NCBI GenBank assembly: GCA_963697165.1
Contig: CAVOMX010000025.1
Span: 64,001 to 128,000, forward strand
From: Candidatus Bathyarchaeota archaeon
GTDB lineage: Archaea > Thermoproteota > Bathyarchaeia > Bathyarchaeales > Bathyarchaeaceae
Direction: 5' to 3'
Length of the DNA: 64,000 bases
Shown here: one piece after another, positions 1 to 7,956 of the stretch
How the letters are laid out: every line of letters begins with the position of its first letter
How positions within the stretch are numbered: the stretch's first letter is position 1
Notes under the pieces: model-generated
Told to the model about the DNA's origin: nothing
Database searches by the model: none
The model's input: the letters and a program-made list of their open reading frames with translations, nothing else
Made by a program: the position numbers and the translations under genes

Positions 1-868
1 TAGTGTTCCATGATGTTGGTGGGTCAACAATGAGTATTGCGCGTCGTTTTTCACAATAATCTAGAGCTTTTGAATATACAGCCCCTGAAGGAGTCTCGTC
101 CTCTTGATATGGGGGAATACAGAGTAGGTTGAAATCAACATCATCCAAAGCATAGATACCCGTCCTATCGTTGAGGTTGCCAATAATGTTGGAATCTTCG
201 ATGGGGTCTCCATCGCTAGCTGACTCTAGCACCAAAGAAATTGTGTTTGGTAGTTCAGTATTATCTTTAGTTGTGGCTTCTGGAGGTCTTTCGTTCGGTA
301 CATCTCCTAGTACACGAATTAGATTTGACTCATTTTGCAAAATATTTTTGATAAATCTTGGGCTATCGATTTTAACACTAAGATTATGAAAGTTTTCACT
401 TGTTAGAGTTTTTTTATCATCAATTGTAAGATTGAAAATGGTTTCTTCTTTGTCTAGGTTGTCAGTGTCTATATTGTGGTCAATTGTTATTTCAAGACGT
501 TTGCCCCACTCGCCGGGGTTAGCTGCTTCAAACTCTAAATTTGAACCTTTAATCGTGAACGTGGCTTTTCCGTTTATTTTATCTCCATTAATGCTCGTCT
601 CAGGGTTATAGACTCGAACGATTATTGCTTGATTACCTCCGTTCTGGAAGTAATGATAAAGTGCATAACTCATGTTGCTTTTTTTCCATAGTCCACCGAA
701 GGAACGTGTGTAATCCGCAAAACTGAAAACTCGTTTTGCCTGGTTCACTTCTCCCATTGAAGCGCGTCCAATAAAAGCTGCTATTGACGAACTAACACCC
801 TTTATAGTTCTAATTGCAGTGGGAATTTCTTCTATGTAAACTCCAGGATATGTAATTTGGATTGGCAT
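1..868 (-). CDS. Contractile phage-tail sheath family protein, 5' part (runs off the window start)
   Basis: Manual translation from ATG at 868: MPIQITYPGVYIEEIPTAIRTIKGVSSSIAAFIGRA...YFQNGGNQAIIVRV...TGIYALDDVDFNLLCIPP...YCEKRRAILIVDPP. These are hallmark sheath motifs. Absent from the ORF track because it has no stop within the window. Confidence 0.9.
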   Translation of the reverse strand, partial: MPIQITYPGVYIEEIPTAIRTIKGVSSSIAAFIGRASMGEVNQAKRVFSFADYTRSFGGLWKKSNMSYALYHYFQNGGNQAIIVRVYNPETSINGDKINGKATFTIKGSNLEFEAANPGEWGKRLEITIDHNIDTDNLDKEETIFNLTIDDKKTLTSENFHNLSVKIDSPRFIKNILQNESNLIRVLGDVPNERPPEATTKDNTELPNTISLVLESASDGDPIEDSNIIGNLNDRTGIYALDDVDFNLLCIPPYQEDETPSGAVYSKALDYCEKRRAILIVDPPTSWNT

Positions 869-965
869 CGTATAGCATCCCCCTAATTAGATAATAATAT
901 CGCAGGGGGTCATTAAAATTGTTTAAGAAAATTTTGATCTGAAATATTTTAAAAAAATATGTACC

Positions 966-1403
966 TTAAATTAGTCTGGAAATTGCTTCGATAATTCTTT
1001 CTTTATGGTTGTACTGCAGTTCCTCAATAGTTTCTATCAGTTCGTTGATCAGTAACCTATACCCTTTTGTGTTCTGATTTAGTAACCACTCTAAAAATCC
1101 ATGAGACAATAATTGCTTAGCTTGATCAAAATCTTCTACGAAAATGAAAATTGTGTTTCCACGAACTTCTTCTAGGAGTTGCTTACCGTTTCTGTGCCGT
1201 ACAATACCAGGTGACCATTCTAGATTTTGTTCCTTAAAGCGCTTAACATGATAACTAACTGTGCTTTTGCTACATCCAATTAATTCTCCAACTTCAGTTT
1301 GTGTTTTTCCATTTCCAACTAATTCTAAAATCTGTTTAGATATTGGAGTAAACTGGAAGAGTTCGAACTGTTTATTCTTATATCGAACTTTCGAACTCCT
1401 CAA
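966..1403 (-). CDS. Helix-turn-helix DNA-binding protein
   Basis: KQILELVGNGKTQTEVGELIGCSKSTVSYHVKRF is an HTH pattern. Directly upstream of, and co-oriented with, the sheath gene. Confidence 0.75.
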   Translation of the reverse strand: MRSSKVRYKNKQFELFQFTPISKQILELVGNGKTQTEVGELIGCSKSTVSYHVKRFKEQNLEWSPGIVRHRNGKQLLEEVRGNTIFIFVEDFDQAKQLLSHGFLEWLLNQNTKGYRLLINELIETIEELQYNHKERIIEAISRLI

Positions 1404-1589
1404 ATCTAATCAATCCCATTTTTTTATTTCAAAAAGAACATGAAATTTTTGATGAAATTATCAGAAGAATTTTGGAAATATGGCTAAGCTTAGCCCAATT
1501 ACAAATCGTTTATTATTTGTTTTACTCATGATAAAGATGCAGGTGTTCTATGTTGAGTGATTACTCTAATAGAAGGAGACTGTTACTTA

Positions 1590-3416
1590 ATGATTGAATT
1601 GTCTCGAGTTGGTGCCCATCTTGACGGCGATAGTGTACGTTTTGGGTTATATCTGCCTGCTCTTGAGAAAGAGGAGGCAATTTCTCTCACGGCGAAGGTT
1701 AGTCATATAAGCGATTTTGCATGGGAGAAAATTTTTGATTGCCCTCTTCAGTATATTGACAACCAAGATGGTTACCCATTCTATGAAGGAAACCTCGATC
1801 TGACAGGCAAAAAAAAGGGCTTATATCGATACCAGTATGAAGTGGGCAAACACGATACTATTTACCCGTGGTGGGCTAGTGATCCTTTCGCAAGACAAAC
1901 GGCTGCAGGACATCGCTCCGCGTTTTTCTATGGCGAGGAGGAGAAGATCACAGTGCCACTTTTTGAAATGCCTTCTGTAGATGAGCTTATTGTCTATGAA
2001 TGTAGCATATCGGAGTACAATCGCACATTTGAAGGATTTATCAGGAATATTGATTACCTTGAAGCTTTGGGCGTTAATGCTGTTGAGTTCATGCCCTTAA
2101 CGAATGTCGTAGAAACTTACCGCTGGGGTTATGTTCCTCTCAACCTCTTTGCACCAGACGAGCGTTTTGGTAGGCCTAATGATTTGAAGAGATTAATTAA
2201 AACGTGCCATGAACTTGGAATAGCCGTAATTATGGATGTAGTTTATAATCATATTAGTGGTCGTTTTGGTTACAATGTAATTTACGATCAAATTGGTATT
2301 GAGAATCCCATAACGGGTGAATTCGGCAAATCGTTCTATGGGCTTTCTGATGTGGACTACTCAAAGCAGTTCGCTCGGGAGTTCATTTTTTCAGTCAATC
2401 GCTATTACCTCGATGAGTTTGGCGTTGATGGTTTCCGATACGATTTTACTCCCGGTTTCTTTGATGGAGTCCAAATTGGAAATGTTGGATTGTCACATCT
2501 TTTATGGTCAACACGTGAATACGCAAAATCCATTGGGCGTCCCAATATTATTCAATGCATTGAGCATCTAGAGAAGTGCATCATTCAAGGCACCGAATTT
2601 GAACCGGTTGATGTTTTCAATAAAACATACGCTAACGCGTGTTGGTATGAAGACCTAAGATCAAGAATAGAAAATCAATTCGCAAAAGGTAATCTTGATG
2701 AAAGTCTAATTCGACTTCTAGATCTTGATGCACGCGGTTACCAGTTGAATTATGAAAGCGAAGAAGAATTAGTTAAATCACCTTTTGTGTACCTCGAAAC
2801 CCACGATCACAGCAGACTCATAAGTTACTTTCCCGCTCGTGCCCTACAGAAAGATTATTTCGGTGAAAACCAGGGTGATCGTTATGCGAGTTATTATTTA
2901 ACTCAGCCCTACGTTATTGCTCTTTTCACGGGCCCGGGTACTCCTATGATATATAATGGACAAGAGTTCGGAGAAAACTATATTGTGCCAGAGTCTGGAA
3001 TGGATCGCGTTCTGAATTTCCGTTTTCTTCGCTGGGAAAACACGGAAGATCGACCAGGTCGGACGCTACTTCGTTTATATCAGCAGCTAATCTTGCTCCG
3101 TAAGAAATATCCTTCCCTCCGCAGTAGAGGGCTAAACAGTTTCTATTACTACAACCAATATGATCCACAAACTGGTGAAGTTGGCAATTATCGTCCACCA
3201 AAAGGAGTATATTTCTACAGACGACAATTCGATAACGAAATTGTGCTTGTTGCACTAAACTTTACAAGCCAAGAATTATCAGTGCCCCATCCATTTCCCG
3301 ATGTTGGTACCTGGCGAGATCTCCTCCATGATTCCGAAGTTACTAATACTCCTGACAAACGCTGCCCAAAGGTTAACATACCAAGCAACTATGGTCGTAT
3401 CTACTTATTAGAGTAG
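1590..3416 (+). CDS. GH13 alpha-amylase family glycoside hydrolase (branching-enzyme/TreZ-like architecture)
   Basis: WGYVP, MDVVYNH, DGFRYD (nucleophile), QCIEH and ETHDH motifs; AGGAGA upstream of ATG 1590. Confidence 0.9.
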   Translation: MIELSRVGAHLDGDSVRFGLYLPALEKEEAISLTAKVSHISDFAWEKIFDCPLQYIDNQDGYPFYEGNLDLTGKKKGLYRYQYEVGKHDTIYPWWASDPFARQTAAGHRSAFFYGEEEKITVPLFEMPSVDELIVYECSISEYNRTFEGFIRNIDYLEALGVNAVEFMPLTNVVETYRWGYVPLNLFAPDERFGRPNDLKRLIKTCHELGIAVIMDVVYNHISGRFGYNVIYDQIGIENPITGEFGKSFYGLSDVDYSKQFAREFIFSVNRYYLDEFGVDGFRYDFTPGFFDGVQIGNVGLSHLLWSTREYAKSIGRPNIIQCIEHLEKCIIQGTEFEPVDVFNKTYANACWYEDLRSRIENQFAKGNLDESLIRLLDLDARGYQLNYESEEELVKSPFVYLETHDHSRLISYFPARALQKDYFGENQGDRYASYYLTQPYVIALFTGPGTPMIYNGQEFGENYIVPESGMDRVLNFRFLRWENTEDRPGRTLLRLYQQLILLRKKYPSLRSRGLNSFYYYNQYDPQTGEVGNYRPPKGVYFYRRQFDNEIVLVALNFTSQELSVPHPFPDVGTWRDLLHDSEVTNTPDKRCPKVNIPSNYGRIYLLE

Positions 3417-3520
3417 CAACTTATGAAATCCAAAAAAGCATAAAAAATCCAACTTGTCAGTTAAAAAAAATTTTTGGACCGTGTCAGCCAAACATTCTCA
3501 ATAAAAATTATAGCACTGAG

Positions 3521-3766
3521 ATGGTTGCATTCTTCAAACGTGTTGATCCCGCCATAATTCGTGAGATCACAGAGGCGGGAAATGAAAGCAATAATAAGAT
3601 TGAGACATCAAACGCTTATATTAAGACGACTTTCGGTATCGTGCATGTTCGGAGCAATGGAGAACGTGTTCTAGTTGTAACGCATGGGGTAAGCCTGGTC
3701 AAAAAGAGAGCTATGCGTTTAAGGTCGATAAACAAGGCAAAATTACATTCGAAGAAACTAAAGTGA
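3521..3766 (+). CDS. Hypothetical protein (81 aa)
   Basis: ATG-started ORF in an otherwise empty interval; no recognised motif. Confidence 0.35.
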   Translation: MVAFFKRVDPAIIREITEAGNESNNKIETSNAYIKTTFGIVHVRSNGERVLVVTHGVSLVKKRAMRLRSINKAKLHSKKLK

Positions 3767-3785
3767 TTTGAAAAGAATAACTTGC

Positions 3786-3862
3786 TGTTTTTCCAGCCCC
3801 AATTTATTCTAAAATCTGTTTGGACATAGGATTTAACCTGAAGAGTCCAAGCGTTCTATCTT
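3786..3862 (-). pseudogene. Remnant copy of the 5' end of the HTH gene at 966-1403
   Basis: 3806-3846 matches 1322-1362 at 34/41 nt ungapped. Translates LFRLNPMSKQILE*IGAGKT versus LFQFTPISKQILELVGNGKT. Confidence 0.7.
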
Positions 3863-3940
3863 TTTCTACTAACTTGAATGTTGCTGCAGGCTCAGTTGAT
3901 AATAATCAATACAAGGTACTGACTTTATAATAAAAGAGGT

Positions 3941-5524
3941 TTAACGAAGCTCTGGACTCAAATTTTTTATTCTTTTATCTATGGCTAATTGTGCGCTAAT
4001 TTCTTGTTGAGTTAAGACTTCTAATGTTTTCCAGAAGTAAAGTATGTCTTTATAGTCATGCTTCCGCATGAAATTTAACGCTATTTCTATTGTTTCTAGT
4101 GCAGAATTATTGTATGAAATTATAGCTTCTTTTACGGATTTGGCGTATTCGTCAAGGTTAAATCTTTCAGGATAAAACTTTCCAATTATTTGAACATCAA
4201 GATATAACATGCGTAACTTGTTTACTAGAGCTAAAGAACCAAAAAATGCTTCGTGGAATGTTTTTGTGAGAAATACTTCCATCAAGTTTACTCTCGGATC
4301 ATTAAATTGGTAAGTTGGATAGTCCAGGGTTCCTTCAAGCCTGCCTTCTCGTTTTAATTGTTCCGCAATCGAAGTGCCTGCATAAGGAAACATTTTAGTA
4401 AAGTGAACCAAAGCCCGACCATTAAGAGTTAAATTCTTCAGAAATTCAAGATCTCCCTCGATAGAATCAAATGTAGTAGTAGGTGTAAGCATCATGAATC
4501 CATAGTCAAACTTCATGTCTGCTTTCTCGAGTAAATCAAGTGAATTGTAAACGTCTTTAACTGCAAAATGCTTATTGCAGGTTTTAAGACCTTGCTCGTT
4601 TCCAGATTCTATTCCTAGGTATACAAACGTAAGACCGACATTCTTTAGTGTTTTTAGACAATCAAGATCCAACTCGTCCACTCTATTTGATATTCGCCAA
4701 AGGATCTTATCGTCTATTTTTCTCCTTTTTAGCTCCGAAGCGAATTCGTTGATCCATTCTTTTTGTACCTTTGTTTTCATTCCCAAATCATCGTCGACAA
4801 ATTTGAAAATCCTAACGTTACTCTTGTAAAGCTGTTCCATTTCTTCCGCAACGTTAGAAGCTGATCGTGACCTTCGCTTTGGTCCAGGTGCATCTAAGTA
4901 AAATTGGCGTATACTACAAAAACTACAATTATAGTAACAACCTCGACTAGCAAGGATTGATGCAGACTCAATACCGCGGTACTTTTGTTTCTTACCGCCT
5001 CTAATAGGGAAAGGTAGGGAATCAAGATTTTCAATAAGTTTTCTTGGTGAGGTGAAGACTACTTCATCGTTTCTTCTAAAGGCAATTCCCTTAATCCCGA
5101 ACCATTTATCAGGATTTGCCAAGTTTTTAAAGAGCTCTAATATAGTAACTTCACCTTCGTGGGTCACCACTGTGTCAAGCTCTGGCATGAGTTGCAATGT
5201 TTTTGTATATTCTATTGTTGGAAAATGACCACCCATGGTAAAATGTGCAGAAATACCGCTTTCTCGAAGGTATTTCAACAGTTCCTTAAATTCAAGGACC
5301 ATAGGTTGAAAAATAAGAGAAAAACCAACCATTTTGGGGTTGGTTTTAAGAATATCTGCTAGAACTTGCTTTTTATCTGACTTTCTGTATGGTACGATCT
5401 TTACTTTTAGTTTATTTGCTTGTAGGTAGGCTGCAATTGATCTGAGGCCAAGATTCTCCTCGTCCTCATATCCAACAAGAGCGATGTCACAGTCTTGAGA
5501 CTTTGCCTCTTTTAAAAGAGATAT
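3941..5524 (-). CDS. B12-binding radical SAM protein (class B methyltransferase-like)
   Basis: ASRGCYYNCSFC, GGHFPT and GIESG motifs. The frame stays open 64 codons upstream of the track start (DIALVGYEDEENLGLRSIAAYL) to an ATA at 5524. Confidence 0.9.
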   Translation of the reverse strand: MSLLKEAKSQDCDIALVGYEDEENLGLRSIAAYLQANKLKVKIVPYRKSDKKQVLADILKTNPKMVGFSLIFQPMVLEFKELLKYLRESGISAHFTMGGHFPTIEYTKTLQLMPELDTVVTHEGEVTILELFKNLANPDKWFGIKGIAFRRNDEVVFTSPRKLIENLDSLPFPIRGGKKQKYRGIESASILASRGCYYNCSFCSIRQFYLDAPGPKRRSRSASNVAEEMEQLYKSNVRIFKFVDDDLGMKTKVQKEWINEFASELKRRKIDDKILWRISNRVDELDLDCLKTLKNVGLTFVYLGIESGNEQGLKTCNKHFAVKDVYNSLDLLEKADMKFDYGFMMLTPTTTFDSIEGDLEFLKNLTLNGRALVHFTKMFPYAGTSIAEQLKREGRLEGTLDYPTYQFNDPRVNLMEVFLTKTFHEAFFGSLALVNKLRMLYLDVQIIGKFYPERFNLDEYAKSVKEAIISYNNSALETIEIALNFMRKHDYKDILYFWKTLEVLTQQEISAQLAIDKRIKNLSPELR

Positions 5525-5531
5525 TTACTTG

Positions 5532-5774
5532 CTATCCCCTTTTGGCCATTATCAATGACTTCATTGTTTCGAGCTTTTCAAGTTCCAATTTCAAATTTTG
5601 CATCTGGAATCTTACGGCGTTGATTTTCTGATCAATTTCTTTTTCTAGTACGACTTTGATCTGATCGGCTGCAAGGTTTTCTAGCCACCGCCTCAAAAGG
5701 TAAGGAGCTGGGTCTGCTACGGGTCCAAGAAAGTCACGGATATTTAAAATTGGTCTATTAATTTCTTCTGCCAT
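5532..5774 (-). CDS. Small protein with GPVADPAP motif and C-terminal coiled coil; candidate rSAM substrate
   Basis: 80-aa ORF with SD-like GGAAGGTG, ending 7 nt before the radical SAM frame. Confidence 0.75.
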   Translation of the reverse strand: MAEEINRPILNIRDFLGPVADPAPYLLRRWLENLAADQIKVVLEKEIDQKINAVRFQMQNLKLELEKLETMKSLIMAKRG

Positions 5775-5918
5775 TTTAACACCTTCCATATATTGTTAAT
5801 TAATAGTCCATATAAATCTTCCCAGCGTTATCCATTTGCACCGTTATTACTATAAGATAACTTTTCGCTACGGGTGTAAAAGGTCAACTTATAAGCAATC
5901 AGGACTAATTTGCATCCT

Positions 5919-6094
5919 TCATTTGGCTGGAATGGGCTGATGGAATTTTCCCCAACAAAATGGGAATCTAAATTTTTCAGCCATAAAGCACATTATGCAA
6001 ATTGTGTGACCGCAACCATAAAATGTGCTTGTCCAAGTGGATTTTTCCAGCAAAGATCACATTTAACATATATGATTCCTTCAATCCTTTTCAT
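5919..6094 (-). pseudogene. Frameshifted RING-HC-like zinc finger gene
   Basis: MKRIEGIIYVKCDLC /frameshift/ EKSTWTSTFYGCGHTICIMCFMAEKFRFPFCWGK. Confidence 0.5.
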
Positions 6095-6105
6095 ACTATC
6101 AGCTT

Positions 6106-6262
6106 TTACTTTTCATAATAATAGAATTCTATGCTTATCGGATCAACTCCAAGTTCCCTGTCACAAACTGGACATTTTCCATCAGTTCTTCTTATCAGAC
6201 GTTAAATGGGAATCATGTCTCTTCATTCATACAAGAGTTTTCCGTAACCATGCTGGAGATCG
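6106..6262 (-). pseudogene. Degraded small Zn-ribbon protein gene
   Basis: GYGKLLYE*RDMIPI*RLIRRTDGKCPVCDRELGVDPISIEFYYYEK*, with two in-frame stops. Confidence 0.45.
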
Positions 6263-6268
6263 TAATTA

Positions 6269-7570
6269 CTATTTCTTTACGAGAATCTTTCCGGAAGAAA
6301 GCACGGTTTGGACATCCCACCCTTTTGCTAAGTAGTTTTCCAAATCATATTCATCTATAATCTTTTTAGGCTCTTTGTTGGGATTCTCTCTTAAGCGGTT
6401 ACCTTCAAGACTCAACGTCCTTATTTCGTCAATGGCATCATCAACTGAAGCATATTTTGCTAAAGCCTCTTCAACGCTCTTGATTCTGTCCTCATCGTAG
6501 CCAAATAGCCTAGCTGTATCAAGAAGTTGCTTCTTTCTCAATTCTTCGGAGGAATAATTCTTTTGAGGGAAGAACTCAACCTGAGCATATTTTCTTCTTA
6601 AATCCTCGATCTTAGTCTTATCATAGTAAGTGTCTTGGCTTCCTGGTAAAATATGCCCCATGAGAAATTCTTGATCTTTAGTATCCATTCCACTATTTCT
6701 TAAGGCAGATTCAAAGGCTTTTCTAAGACAGTGAGGAGAAACAAAATTCCATTTCTTAACTCCAACATCTCTTGCAGCACGCTTTACAAGATTTTCAAGT
6801 GTCTTTTTCATAACGGGAGTTTTTCTTCTCAAGTCAGGAACTAAATTTTTGCTAGTGGAAGCAAAGAGAGGTTCATTATCGCCAATATTACCAAAACTTT
6901 TCTTTCTTTTTTCCAAGTATTGGCTTATTGCTTCAACGGTTTCCATAGAAAAAAATGTGTAGTATGTTATGTTCCCTTTGCAGGCGCCATTAACAATTTT
7001 TTTCATTTCAGCATAAACTGGAACATTTAAGATGTCTAGTCCATTTTCAAAATCGTCTTTTACGTCTTGATATAAGATTGCTCTTAAAGTGGAATTTCTG
7101 AGTCCACTTGTATAGAGGGATAAAACTAATGCCTTATTGCGAGTTGACCCAGACGCGTAAGCCATCTTGTAAATTTCGTCAGATGTTGGAATATACTCGT
7201 CACGTTTTCTGTAACGTGAAGGTTGATAATGGCGTTCAACTTCAAGAGCCTTACTTCCTTTTAACCCATTGACTTTGAAGAATGTCTTCAAGTAAGCCAG
7301 AGACACATTCACATATCTAATACTGTATCCTTTGTTGGCTAACGAGTCAACAAAATCTTTCACAAGACTAGAAGCCTTGCTAGGACTTAAAGTTACAAGA
7401 TCGTCTGGACCTTTATCCGCAAAGTCTGATAGCGCTTTTACAGTCTGACAAGCATTCGCTCTCGTATGTTCACTTCTTGTTTTGCGTTGGTAATGACGAA
7501 GCAGACGATTGACACTTTGAAAATTACTGTCCCAACCGTTTATTTGCAAAAAATCTTCCCAGTTGGTCAC
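6269..7570 (-). CDS. Tyrosine recombinase / integrase
   Basis: Catalytic motifs YTSGLR, HCLRK, LMGH and TYY; adjacent to a tRNA gene. Confidence 0.92.
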   Translation of the reverse strand: MTNWEDFLQINGWDSNFQSVNRLLRHYQRKTRSEHTRANACQTVKALSDFADKGPDDLVTLSPSKASSLVKDFVDSLANKGYSIRYVNVSLAYLKTFFKVNGLKGSKALEVERHYQPSRYRKRDEYIPTSDEIYKMAYASGSTRNKALVLSLYTSGLRNSTLRAILYQDVKDDFENGLDILNVPVYAEMKKIVNGACKGNITYYTFFSMETVEAISQYLEKRKKSFGNIGDNEPLFASTSKNLVPDLRRKTPVMKKTLENLVKRAARDVGVKKWNFVSPHCLRKAFESALRNSGMDTKDQEFLMGHILPGSQDTYYDKTKIEDLRRKYAQVEFFPQKNYSSEELRKKQLLDTARLFGYDEDRIKSVEEALAKYASVDDAIDEIRTLSLEGNRLRENPNKEPKKIIDEYDLENYLAKGWDVQTVLSSGKILVKK

Positions 7571-7754
7571 TGTATCACCAGTAAATACAGGGTTTACTGT
7601 CTAAATAAGTGTTAGGGTAACCTTACAAACGTAACTCTACCAGGCTAGGAGAACCCCGCATAAGATATTTTGTTCAGAACGAAACCTAAAAAAAGTATCT
7701 GTTCAAACAAAACCAAGTTTTTATAAAACCGTTGTATCCATACTGTTGGAAGAT

Positions 7755-7831
7755 GGGCCGGTTGTCTAGTTCGGTAGGATGCAGCCCTTACGCGGCTGAG
7801 GTCGCAGGTTCAAATCCTGCTCGGCCCACCA
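7755..7831 (+). tRNA. tRNA-Val(TAC)
   Basis: Acceptor GGGCCGG/TCGGCCC, anticodon arm CAGCC-CTTACGC-GGCTG, GGTTCAAATCC T-arm, encoded CCA. Confidence 0.95.
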
Positions 7832-7956
7832 CTTTTCACCAAATCCTCAAAAGAAGGCAACATAACAATAATATTAGGAGACTAATAACAGATCATTGTT
7901 GAAAACTAGCTTTTTCCAAAAGCAAACCCCACAACCATCCATAAAAGAGGAAAAAC

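Larger units (their letters stand above)
1..7754. mobile_element. Putative integrated element / genomic island (left end outside window)
   Basis: Tyrosine integrase adjacent to tRNA-Val, AT-richer accessory cargo and several gene remnants. The second att site is not visible. Confidence 0.6.

Noticed and set aside
171..389. 72-aa plus-strand ORF
   Set aside because: Antisense shadow of the tail-sheath gene.
900..1500. Similar AT-rich GAAA(A/T)TTTTGAT strings near 927 and 1442 as operator sites
   Set aside because: Low-complexity AT-rich context makes a chance match likely.
3521..3766. Faint similarity of FGIVHVRSNGERVL to PGIVRHRNGKQLL in the HTH protein
   Set aside because: Too short to distinguish from chance, and the genes are on opposite strands.
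5910..6335. 141-aa plus-strand ORF
   Set aside because: Overlaps the integrase end, has no recognisable motif, and the minus strand carries better-supported Zn-finger remnants.
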